Part shown: one piece after another, positions 1 through 10,200 of the stretch
How the letters are laid out: every line of letters starts with the position of its first letter
Position numbering within the stretch: the stretch's first letter is position 1
DNA from: Ignavibacteriota bacterium
GTDB taxonomy: Bacteria > Bacteroidota > Ignavibacteria > Palsa-1295
Length of the DNA: 64,000 nucleotides
Direction: 5' to 3'
Assembly (NCBI GenBank): GCA_963787835.1
Contig: CAWBEI010000004.1
Location: 362,918 to 426,917 of the forward strand
The notes under the pieces: generated by a model
What the model saw: only the letters and a program-made list of their open reading frames with translations
The model's database searches: none
Told to the model about the DNA's origin: nothing
Translations under genes and position numbers: made by a program

Positions 1-3000
1 AGGTCGATTCTTCATTTTTCTTGATCGATCAGAAGGATGTTACCATCGATACGGCGGGACGAGCGATCGTACTTTCACCAAGCAGCCGCTCGCTTCTTTT
101 CCCGATGAATTCGGCAGCTGGCGTAAAGCATACTCTTACTCTAACCTACACGGCGCTCCCATTGAACCTGAAGACGAGCTATACGAGACATGAACTTGAA
201 ACCCCTGCACTGAATGATTCTTTGCGCACTTTGATCGATAGTTCAAAGCAAGGCCTGCGAGAAATTTCCTCAACATCCGCTGATACGACTCACGCCGATA
301 TTCTCAATAATTTTCAGAAATCTGGCTCCATAAGCCGCGGGTTCCAGGTTGGTTCGAACCGCGATCTGGGATTGACAAGTGGGTTTAATCTGCAATTTTC
401 TGGAGACGTAGCAAAAGATGTGAACATCACTGGTGCCCTTACCGAAGAGCAAACCCCGATCCAGCCGGAAGGCACAACCCAAACGCTGAACGAGATCGAC
501 AATATCTTTATCCGCATCAAAGCTGGTCAGCATTTCACGTCCACGCTTGGAGATTTCACGCTGGATCTTAATTCACCTGCGGACCCAACGCGATTGGCTT
601 CTCATTCGACGCTCAACGATACTTTAAAGACGCATTCTATCGATAGCAGCCGCTCATCGCAATCACCGACGAATATTATTCCCATCATTACAAATGTGCA
701 AGACCAGGCCTTCAATGCATTCAGTCAGAGTACGCTTGATGTGATCTCTCGTAAACTCATCGGTGCGGAGGCAACGGCGCAGTTCAACGAGGGTTCCGTT
801 ACAGTTGCTGGCGGCGCTCCCCGCGGTGAATTTACCACGAACACCATGCAGGGGCAGGAAGCCTATCAAGGGCCTTATACGCTCGTGGGTAAGAATGGCG
901 AGCCAGCGATCCTCATTGTAGCGGGAACCGAGCATGTCTATGTGGATGGTGTGCTTCAGACTCGCGGCGAGCGAAATGATTACATCATTGATTACGCGCT
1001 CGACCAGATCACTTTTCAACCACGCAGGCTCATTACCAGCGATTCAAGAATCGTTATCGATTTCGAATATTCCGATCAGCAATACAATAAGTCTCTTTTT
1101 GCTGCGAACATAAAGGGGCAACTTTTGGATGGTGCGCTCAAGATCTCGACAACCTATTTACGCGAGGGAGATAATCAGGATGCGCCGCTCGATCTTTCGC
1201 TTTCCGACAGCGATCAAAATATTCTCGCGAATGCCGGCGCAGACCCATCGAAGGCCACGAAATCTGCGGTGACCTACGCAGGCGTCGATGCGAACGGGCG
1301 TGCGCAGGGAAGTTACTCGGTTGCGGATACCACTATTGCCGGAAAAGCCATTGTGTTTTACCGTTACGCGCCGCTCGATTCTGTGAATGCCCTCTATAAT
1401 ATTGCGTTCGGATATGCTGGAACCGGGAAGGGCAGTTATGTGCGGCTTGCCATCGGCCAATTTCTATTTGCCGGGCTGGGACTTGGCGATTACGACACTC
1501 TCGCGTTTCTCCCATTGCCAGAATTGCATCAAGTCATGGCGGTGAGCAGCAGCCTGCGCATTACCAATAATTTCGGGCTGACCGGAGAATACGCTGAAAG
1601 TATTCTCGATCCAAACCGCTTCGCAAACATTCCTTCGATCGACGGCAATGCGTATCACTTCGGTGCGTTGTTTGCCGATACGCTCTCAATATTTGGTTAC
1701 ACGGAGTTCCGGGCAACGGAGCGAAACTTCGGAGCGCAATTTACTCCGATCGACCGCATTCAGGATGCGGAATTCGAACGGCTATATGGTAACGATATGC
1801 AAACGCCGAACTCCTATGCTTCCACGCTGCCGGTTACAGGGGAATTAAATCGCGAAGCCGATCTTACCATACATCCAGTCCGTTCCTTTATCCTGGAGGG
1901 AGGATTTGGCTCTCTCGAAGAGCCGCAGCTTCAATTTATTTCATCTCGCGTGTTCGGTCATGCCGAACTGCTTGAAGATTCCGGAATGCTCCCTCATGCT
2001 GCTATCACAATCGAACATTTGCCGACGCATGATTCCTCGATCCTGGAGCAAGCCCAGTGGGATCGGCAAATTGGTGAACTATCGAAATCTATGAAACTGG
2101 GAGCCAATGGATTTACGCTTGGTCTTCAATACGCCCATGAGGAAAAACAAGCCACGCCGTTCGATACCGTCGGGCTTGCCGCCGACTCGATGACGCTGCA
2201 CAGTTTTGAATATCGATCGATCACTCCCATTGCTTCGCTTCGCCTCGGACCTAAAGTTACCCTTAGCGGTTCCTACGAAGTTCGTTCCGATGACAGCGCC
2301 CGCAGTGGCTTTCTTACCCCCATCAGTGAAGCGCACACGAGCCATATCACCGCAGCGATCTTTGGAATAGGCGGCTTCAGCACCAATATCGATCTCACCG
2401 TTCGCGATAAACGCTATACCGATTCCACCTCCTACGCGGTGAATGGCGGGAATCAATCGACCCTCCTGCTTCGCTTCGAGCCGCGCTATACCCTGGCCAA
2501 TCGGGGAATAAGCGCTGAAGCATTGTATGAGATCTCCAATCAACGGGCGGCGCAGTTGCAGCGCGTGTTCGTGCCGGTGCCGCAAGGATTGGGAACGTAC
2601 TATTACGTGGGCGATCTCAATCACGATGGTAAAGCCGATCCGAACGATTTTGCTCCAGCCGTTTATGCGGATCAAGGCGATTACGTTCTTATTACTGTTC
2701 CCACGACGCAGCTTTTTCCTACGACCGATCTTAAATCCAATTTCAGATTACACATCGACCCGCGGGATCTATTTGGTCTTCAAAATCCTTCGAACCTCCT
2801 GCAAACGGCGTTAGCGAATATCTCCAGCGAGTCCTACATCAAGATCGAGGAAACAAGCACCGATACCGTACCGAGCGATATTTATTTCTTCCGGCTGTCG
2901 CATTTTCGCAATGATTCGACTACGATAAACGGCACAATGGAGATCGGGCAGGATTTCAATATCATGGAGAATAATGCCGACGAGTCCTACCGCTTGCATT

Positions 3001-3614
3001 ATCTGGAACGTGAGTCAGCGGCGCAATATAATACTGGCCTCGAACACTCGTTCCAGGCCGAGCGATCCATTCGCGGAAGGTTTCGGCCTTCGTTCGAATT
3101 TTCGAATGAAACGACCATCACGTCGAGCACCGATCAGTCCGGCGGGGATTCGCTTTCGGTGAATCCACCACATAATACTTCCTCGCTTGGCATCTCCACG
3201 GATTGGAGCTACCATCCCATCGGTTCTAAGTTCGATTTTGGTGCCGTAGCTGCTTTTTCGCGGGCCGTTGAGCATATCTATAACCCCGAAGTTACTGGGC
3301 TAACAGATGCTTTCACATTTCGGACCAGTTACGCGCTGGAAACTCGAACTCGCATTCGCGCCCAGATCGAACGCGACGAACTTAACCTTTCTGCACTGCC
3401 GAGCGATATTATTTCGCTCCCCTATGCGCTTACGCAGGGAAAAGCCGTTGGAGAAACATGGGTCTGGAGCCTTGCGCTGGATTATCAATTTGGAAGCGGC
3501 ATCGTAGCAACGATCGCCTACGATGGCCGAAACGAATCCAGCGACCTGCTCGGCACCTCCGGCCAGCGAGTGACCATCAATAATGCACGGGCGGAGGTAC
3601 GAGCTAATTTCTGA
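1..3614 (+). CDS. Large outer-membrane beta-barrel-type hypothetical protein (5' end outside window)
   Basis: 1197+ aa ORF whose frame stays open to the window edge. Amphipathic beta-strand pattern, C-terminal ...ARAEVRANF, and SGSISRG...LTSGFNLQFSG motif typical of FCB hypothetical OM proteins. Confidence 0.65.
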   Translation, partial: VDSSFFLIDQKDVTIDTAGRAIVLSPSSRSLLFPMNSAAGVKHTLTLTYTALPLNLKTSYTRHELETPALNDSLRTLIDSSKQGLREISSTSADTTHADILNNFQKSGSISRGFQVGSNRDLGLTSGFNLQFSGDVAKDVNITGALTEEQTPIQPEGTTQTLNEIDNIFIRIKAGQHFTSTLGDFTLDLNSPADPTRLASHSTLNDTLKTHSIDSSRSSQSPTNIIPIITNVQDQAFNAFSQSTLDVISRKLIGAEATAQFNEGSVTVAGGAPRGEFTTNTMQGQEAYQGPYTLVGKNGEPAILIVAGTEHVYVDGVLQTRGERNDYIIDYALDQITFQPRRLITSDSRIVIDFEYSDQQYNKSLFAANIKGQLLDGALKISTTYLREGDNQDAPLDLSLSDSDQNILANAGADPSKATKSAVTYAGVDANGRAQGSYSVADTTIAGKAIVFYRYAPLDSVNALYNIAFGYAGTGKGSYVRLAIGQFLFAGLGLGDYDTLAFLPLPELHQVMAVSSSLRITNNFGLTGEYAESILDPNRFANIPSIDGNAYHFGALFADTLSIFGYTEFRATERNFGAQFTPIDRIQDAEFERLYGNDMQTPNSYASTLPVTGELNREADLTIHPVRSFILEGGFGSLEEPQLQFISSRVFGHAELLEDSGMLPHAAITIEHLPTHDSSILEQAQWDRQIGELSKSMKLGANGFTLGLQYAHEEKQATPFDTVGLAADSMTLHSFEYRSITPIASLRLGPKVTLSGSYEVRSDDSARSGFLTPISEAHTSHITAAIFGIGGFSTNIDLTVRDKRYTDSTSYAVNGGNQSTLLLRFEPRYTLANRGISAEALYEISNQRAAQLQRVFVPVPQGLGTYYYVGDLNHDGKADPNDFAPAVYADQGDYVLITVPTTQLFPTTDLKSNFRLHIDPRDLFGLQNPSNLLQTALANISSESYIKIEETSTDTVPSDIYFFRLSHFRNDSTTINGTMEIGQDFNIMENNADESYRLHYLERESAAQYNTGLEHSFQAERSIRGRFRPSFEFSNETTITSSTDQSGGDSLSVNPPHNTSSLGISTDWSYHPIGSKFDFGAVAAFSRAVEHIYNPEVTGLTDAFTFRTSYALETRTRIRAQIERDELNLSALPSDIISLPYALTQGKAVGETWVWSLALDYQFGSGIVATIAYDGRNESSDLLGTSGQRVTINNARAEVRANF

Positions 3615-3751
3615 GCGCGTAATTCTGGGTCTCAATTTTTTTGAGTAAAAATGGATGAATCAGTCAATATTGTGTTTGAATCTATCTCATGAGAGACATC
3701 CTCCTAAATCGTCCGCGTAATCCTACCAAATCCGCGTAATCCCGGTTCAAA

Positions 3752-4756
3752 ATGTCCTTTATCGATCAAGCCCTCATCCGTATCGAGGCCGGCAACGGTG
3801 GCGACGGCGTCATCTCCTGGCGCCGTGAGAAATATGTTCCCAAAGGCGGACCCGATGGCGGTAACGGCGGCCACGGTGGCGACGTCTATTTCGAAGCCGA
3901 TCCGGAACTTGGTACCCTGCTCGATTTCCGGTATCATCGTATCCATAAAGCCGAAGATGGAGGAAAAGGCGCTGGGAAGCAATGTACCGGAAGGAGTGGG
4001 GAAGATCTGGTCATCCGTGTGCCGGTGGGGACGATCATTCGTTCCACGATGACCGGCGATACGATGGCCGATCTTACCGAGCGCTATCAAAAGGTACTGG
4101 TTGCTCGCGGCGGAAAGGGTGGTCTTGGTAACTCCGAATTCAAAACCGCTACCAATCAGGCGCCCCGTAAGCAGACGAACGGTAAGCCCGGCGAAGCCTT
4201 CGATCTCGAGCTGGAATTAAAGCTGTTGGCTGACGTTGCCCTGGTCGGGTTCCCGAATGCCGGAAAATCTACGCTTATCTCCCGTATCTCTGCGGCGCGG
4301 CCCAAGATCGCCGATTATCCCTTTACCACGCTGGTTCCCAACTTAGGCATCGTGCAGGCGCCGGAGGAACATCGTTCCTTCGTGGTGGCGGATATTCCGG
4401 GACTCATCGAAGGCGCGAGTGAAGGGAAGGGGCTTGGATTGCAATTCCTGAAACATATCGAGCGCAGTGGGGCGCTGCTTTTTATGCTCGATGGAACTTC
4501 CGTGGATCCTGACCCTAAAACGGCCTATAAAACATTATTGAGGGAACTAAAACAATTCAATCCGCTGCTGCTCGATAAGCCCCGCATCATCGCCATCACC
4601 AAATCGGATGCACTTAGCCCGGAGGCTATTCTGGCCTATAAAAAGATGACGATCGATAAGCGAAAACCTCTCGTTATCAGCGCCGTCTCCGGCGATACGA
4701 TCGACGTCCTCATCCGTTCGCTGTGGGAAGCGATCGGCGAAGCCCGAGCTCGGTGA
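3752..4756 (+). CDS. obgE: GTPase ObgE/CgtA
   Basis: FIDQA...GNGGDG...RREKYVPKGGPDGG Obg fold; GFPNAGKST, KIADYPFTTL, DIPGLIEGA. Confidence 0.97.
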   Translation: MSFIDQALIRIEAGNGGDGVISWRREKYVPKGGPDGGNGGHGGDVYFEADPELGTLLDFRYHRIHKAEDGGKGAGKQCTGRSGEDLVIRVPVGTIIRSTMTGDTMADLTERYQKVLVARGGKGGLGNSEFKTATNQAPRKQTNGKPGEAFDLELELKLLADVALVGFPNAGKSTLISRISAARPKIADYPFTTLVPNLGIVQAPEEHRSFVVADIPGLIEGASEGKGLGLQFLKHIERSGALLFMLDGTSVDPDPKTAYKTLLRELKQFNPLLLDKPRIIAITKSDALSPEAILAYKKMTIDKRKPLVISAVSGDTIDVLIRSLWEAIGEARAR

Positions 4757-4870
4757 AATTCGAGATATTCGTGTTATGGTTACTTTCCCGTCGGTGAAAA
4801 AGAGGGGACTGAGGTCCGCTATTTCAACACCATCGAGGAGAGTACAAACATGAACGTCAGTAACGAGGCG

Positions 4871-5320
4871 ATTTCCACAAACAGTCTTCCTGTGGAAATT
4901 TCTGGTCGTCCAAACATAATAATCCCTTGAATGTGGCAAGCTATGCAGGGGTAGAGACTTGAAGGACTGGGGAGTCCTGGCAATTTCGCCCGGCAGAACT
5001 AAACTAAATGTGGCTAAACTATTGGCTTTGTTAAACTTAGGCTCATCTGGAGGGGCAACCTTCGAATGAACCTGCACAAAGTTACGACATTTATCCACAA
5101 ATTCCAAGAGAATTTAATGAAAAAATAGATGTCTTTTAGAAATAAATGTGAATAACTCACTTATTAACATTTATCTCCACATTTCCCCACGAGCCGTTTT
5201 AGTGCCCTTAGAAGACATTAGCACCATTTCATTCCAATAGAAACAGGTGCCCATTAATTTTTTTTTACATATTCATTTAATGAACTATTTTTCTATTCCA
5301 CTCAATAATTCATGAACTCC
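4871..5320. promoter_or_regulatory. DnaA-box cluster with AT-rich tracts; candidate oriC
   Basis: TTATCCACA 5091-5099, TGTGAATAA 5147-5155, TTATTAACA 5161-5169, ATTTCCACA 4871 / TGTGGAAAT 4891, TGTGGCTAA 5009, all in an ~830 bp gene-free AT-rich gap. Confidence 0.6.
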
Positions 5321-5386
5321 CCAAACCACCCCCTAAATTGTCAATGAACGCGACACCCATCGTCTTACCTCTTACCAAGGCCCCTC

Positions 5387-5460
5387 ATTCTTAATTATTA
5401 ATTCTTACTTCTTAATTGATACCCCCCATTCTTAATTATTAATTCTTACTTCTTAATTGA
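5387..5460. repeat. Tandem duplication of a heptamer-based unit (CATTCTTAATTATTAATTCTTACTTCTTAATTGA) x2
   Basis: Two identical ~34 bp copies; a related copy lies at ~24499-24533. Confidence 0.85.
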
Positions 5461-5588
5461 CCCCAGGTGCCCATCAACGCACGTGCAATATACGAACAGA
5501 AATTGCCGTCCCAGGCAATTCCGAAAAATTAGTTATGATTCGAATTCTGTGCGAAACAGGTGCTCAGGGTGAGGCAACACAACGGCGG

Positions 5589-5969
5589 TTACTCCGCCGG
5601 TACGATATCGCAGGCGAGATACAACCAGCCCTCCTCAGTCTTGACCAGCGTATGAGAGGCTCGAAACGCACCCTCGAATACTTTCCCGGCAATAACCGCC
5701 GTACCGCGAAGTTCCAGGAACACCGCGGTCGCTGTCGGGGCGAGGATTTCCATGGCGAGAATCGTCGGTTCTTCCAGCAGCTCCCATTTTTTCTTCTGGT
5801 TAAAAAGATGATCCAGGTATTCTTCCTTACGGTACACTTTGCCCCACGGTGCCAAAAAAATAAAATGCTTATGGAGTGTCTTTTCCGTCGCCTCCCGGTC
5901 ATTCTCGGCTAAGGCACGGTAGTGTTCGGCGATCTGCTCTCGGACCTTGTCCTCATCATTATCCACCAT
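5589..5969 (-). CDS. NTF2-like (DUF4440/SnoaL-like) protein
   Basis: 126 aa; LHKHFIFLAPWGKVYRKEEYL...SHTLVKTEEGW pattern. Confidence 0.75.
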   Translation of the reverse strand: MVDNDEDKVREQIAEHYRALAENDREATEKTLHKHFIFLAPWGKVYRKEEYLDHLFNQKKKWELLEEPTILAMEILAPTATAVFLELRGTAVIAGKVFEGAFRASHTLVKTEEGWLYLACDIVPAE

Positions 5970-6171
5970 TTCAGCCTTCAGAAAGATATGTTCGAAAAAG
6001 TATAAAATTCATTCAACGGACAAAAAATCCTACAACGAAGAAAGATAATGAGGGTTCCTTAACTATTCGCGTGAAAACGGCGTAGTATTTTCACTACGAA
6101 GCCCATTCACACTCATGCTTGGGTTTTGCCTAAATTTGAATTCCTCGATTTAAGCGTTATAGCATTTGTTA

Positions 6172-6543
6172 TTAAGGTGACGGTGGTGGTAACTGGTTAG
6201 AAGAACCAATTTTAGCGGCCATCTCTTGAAGTGCTCCTAAGTTTTCTAACAAGTCTTTGAGACCGCCAGGGCTCTGCATTATACCCCGAGTAAGTTCGAC
6301 CTTCATCTGATCATCGAGGTTAGGCTTCTGAGGATTCGCGATGGCTGTAACTGTATCGAGTAATTTACCTTGTGTTTGAGAAGCTAACGCTTCAAGCACT
6401 TCTGCTTTTATTCGAATTTCTGACAAGAGGTTTGCGGTATCTTTATTATTTTCTCGGCTTCTTTTTTCAGAGAAGGCAGCTTGTACGATTGCAACAATCG
6501 ATAGAATTATCGCAACAATACTAAGGGTGTCAGATAGACTCAT
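6172..6543 (-). CDS. Hypothetical protein with N-terminal membrane anchor
   Basis: 123 aa, hydrophobic N-terminus then helical region; lower GC. Confidence 0.6.
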   Translation of the reverse strand: MSLSDTLSIVAIILSIVAIVQAAFSEKRSRENNKDTANLLSEIRIKAEVLEALASQTQGKLLDTVTAIANPQKPNLDDQMKVELTRGIMQSPGGLKDLLENLGALQEMAAKIGSSNQLPPPSP

Positions 6544-6555
6544 AAATATAGCAGT

Positions 6556-7161
6556 TCATGCCTTTAAATTTGTCCAGAGAATTGGGTCGCTATCAACGCC
6601 CCGTACTTGCGGCGGATAGAATCGCTGGTCGCTGTTGAATTTTTGCTCACGAAGCCAATACGAAGCCTCATATCCAACGCAATCCAATTCGTCGAATCGA
6701 TTTGCAGCCAGTCTGTTTACGTAACTATCATTGTAATCCCCGTTTAGACGCGAATTTAACCCATTCCAGAATCCAGTCCAATAGTCATGCGCCGGGGAAG
6801 GATCTGGATTATAGAGCGGGTATTTGCCGTTTATGATCTCGCTGGTGATCGGCTTGAGTTCAACAAGTTCTGCTTGGTCAAGGCGATGCCTTGCTATGTT
6901 TATTGCAAGCACATAACGTTTACGTTCGCTCACAGTCAATGGTGCCCCAATTCTCTGGATGGTGTCACCAACTGCCAATCGCTCATCCGTTTCTAAATTT
7001 ACGACATGAAATATTATTGTGCCGCCATCCGTCCATTGCGATTGCGCTGTTTGAATAGCCGCATCCGCAGTGAGGAAGGAATCTGCTTTAATTTGGGAGC
7101 CGTCTTGCTTCAGTGTGAGAAGCAGAAAGCCACGCCGAGAAGAATCGAAGTTAGTTATCAT
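6556..7161 (-). CDS. Hypothetical protein
   Basis: ORF track 6556..7179; ATG at 7161 lies 11 nt after the AAC-N18-GTT motif. Confidence 0.6.
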   Translation of the reverse strand: MITNFDSSRRGFLLLTLKQDGSQIKADSFLTADAAIQTAQSQWTDGGTIIFHVVNLETDERLAVGDTIQRIGAPLTVSERKRYVLAINIARHRLDQAELVELKPITSEIINGKYPLYNPDPSPAHDYWTGFWNGLNSRLNGDYNDSYVNRLAANRFDELDCVGYEASYWLREQKFNSDQRFYPPQVRGVDSDPILWTNLKA

Positions 7162-7229
7162 ACCTTCGGAACGCCCCAAATTCGGGGGGAGTTTCGCATC
7201 ACAATTCGCGTCTTTTAATTGTAAATGTT

Positions 7230-10200
7230 TTATTTAATCTGATACCAGGTCGTATTCGAACTGTTGTACATTAACATGTAGGATTGACCCGCAGTTAGCG
7301 TAGTAGTGCTCGTCCCGCCAATAAGGACGAAACTGGTGGCGGTGGACCAGTTTCCTCCGCCAGAGTCGTTGTCGACGAGGATAATGATACGTCCGTTGGT
7401 GGGGGATGATGGAAATGTCACCGTACTCGCGGAAGTAATGGAGGGAAGGATTATTACATAGTCCGTTGCCGAAACTGTGAAGCTGGTTGTGACACTGGTG
7501 TTGATATTTGCGGCTATACCGCCAACAAGGTTGATGCCGCCCGAGCCACCCTTGATCGTTGTTGTGGCAGCGCCAGACGTTGAGCCGATCGTAGCAGTTG
7601 CGCCTGAGCCTGTTGCAAGCGACACATTTTCCGTTGTTGAAACTGTCGCGCCATCATCGGTGATCGAGGAGCTGCCAATCGAGCCGCTCGTCCAAATAGG
7701 GACCGTGTTGATTGTGCCGGTTGTCCCTGTCATGCCTATTCCGTTGCCTACGAGCACACCTGTCTGCGTTGTTTCAATTGTGATTGCTGGATTCGATCCA
7801 CCGGTACTCGATTGTTGAGCAAACCCATTTCCGGATGCGATTGACACCCCGGTGAGGCTGTTAGTGCTCCAAGAGAGTGTGCCACCGCTTGAGGAAAACA
7901 GTACTCCTCCAGAGGCACCAGGTCCTGCCGGCGGTAAGGTGTATGTCATAGAAGCAGTTGCGGTGCTCGCCGCCGGGACAATAGTTGTCGTAAACGCATT
8001 TGCGTTATTGGCAAGAATAATGGAGCCCAAGGCGCCACTCGCCGTTCCAAGCGTCAGCGTACCGCCATGCGTAACCGACCAGTTATTACCAGTAATGTCA
8101 TTTCCGCTGGATGAGCCATTGATCGTAATTCCGACACTGGGAGTAGTGGGTGTAACAGTGAGCGTGGTAAATGCGCCCGTGTTCGGGGTTGTGCTTCCAA
8201 TGGTTCCGGGAGCAGCCCAGGTTCCACCGAGCAACTGGTTCGCATTGATGGCGCCAGAAGTGGCCGTTCCTCCGTTATAGGTGAGCGAAGCGCCGCTCCT
8301 ACCACCATCGCGGCAGATGTATTCGTTCCACCAGTTATGGCGCTAAAGGCAGGCGTTGCGCTGGCACCGGTGACCCAGGAAAGCGTACCCGTCGTGTTAG
8401 TTGAAGATAGAATCTGTCCCGCGGTCGGAGCGGTCGCTGGGAGTATGTAGGTCATCGTTGGCGCACTGGATGCAGGTTCGATCGTTGTAAGATTGGAATT
8501 ACCCGTGGTCGCAAGTACCAAGGTTCCAAGCTGAGAACTTGTCTTTCCAAGAGTCAGCACACCATTGTGGGAAACGGACCAATTCGTCCCAGTTATATCA
8601 TTCCCAGTAGAGCTTCCTCCTATCGTCAATCCAACGTTGGAGCCAGACGGTGTAGCCGATAACGTAGTAAAAGCGCCCGTGTTCGGCGTGGTACTTCCAA
8701 TCGTGCCGGGAGCGGCCCATGTATTGCCCAGCAGTTGCGTAGCATCGATAACGCCAGTACTCGAATACGTGAGCGTAGCGCCGGAACCCACGGTCATCGT
8801 GGCAGAAGTGTTCGTGCCCGTAGCGATAGCGCCAAAGGCGGGCGTTCCAGAGGAGACTGTTGTCCAGGTTGGAAGCGAGGATGCGCCCTGATAGGTTAGA
8901 ACCTGACCAACGGTCGCGCCCACGTTTGAAACTTGCTGAATTGGAGCGGTCGTGGTCGTTCCTGCGACGAGTGGTGCATACGCGGTCAGCGTGCTAACAC
9001 CCGTGCCGCCTGCCGCTACGTCAATGGGTGTCGTTGGGGTAGCAACATTCAATGCTGCAACGATGTCATTCCCAGCTCCCGCTGTGGCGGCAATAGTTGG
9101 ATTCGGGTAGCTGCTGCCCGTAAGATCGCCGCCAGCGCTGCCGGTTGGTGCCGCGCCGGTGATTGCCACACTGCTTGCTGACGTCAACTGTCCCTCAGCA
9201 TTCACAGTGAAGGTTCCGACGTGGGTTCCATCGCCATAACTGCCTGCCGATACCCCTGTGTTCTCAATATCCGCACTGACGATCTGCCGGAACCCTGGAG
9301 CCGCAGGGCCGCCCGTCGGAGGACCTGCAAAAACGCCGTTCGCCGCTTGATTTGCCAGCGACATATTAATGGTGCCGCTTGTGGTGACCGGACTACCGGT
9401 AATCTGAAAAATGCCGGACCCGTCGTTCAGTCCAACGGATGTAACCGTTCCGCCGCTTCCGGTAGCCGTCAGCTTTCCGCTCGAGAAGCTTAACCCGGAA
9501 CCCAGCGTGATCTCAGTCGGAGCAGCGGAACTGCCTGTCGGATTCCCGAGCAACAAGTTCGCCCCCTCGCTCTGAATATTCGCGTACGTTACCGCGCCAT
9601 TCGTGATCGTCGTTGCGTTCCCCACGGATGTGATTGGGCCGGTTAGGTTTGCGTTCGTCGTAACTGTTGCTGCTGTTCCCGTCGTGTTCGAGGTGATGGT
9701 TGCCGGAAGATCCGTCGCTGCGATCGAGCGGAACGCCGGAGCAGAGCCAGCTCCCGAGTTTGCAAAGAATTGATTCGCAGTGGCGACCGTCGAGAGCGTA
9801 AAGGTGAGCGCCGGGGTGGTCGTCGCCGAAGAGACCGAGGTGGTGAACAGCGGACTCAGGTTCCCACTGGAGAAGGTTGTCACCGTACCGCCGGTTCCCG
9901 TTGCCACCAGGGTAGTACCACTGAAAGTCAGTCCGGCACCCAGCGTGATCTCGCTCGGTGCCTGGTTCGTTGCTGCCGTCGGATTTCCAAGCAATGTGGT
10001 GTGCGTCTCGTTCTGGATATTCGCGTATGTGACCGCGCCATTGGTGATGCTTGTTGCATTACCCGATGATGTGATCGGCCCTGTGAGGTTGGCATTCGTC
10101 GTAACCGTGGCCGCATTGCCAGTGATGTTACCGGTGAGCGTACTGCCATCCCACGCCGGGCCTGCTGTTACAGCGTTTGTGCCATTGCCGAGCAGTAGAT

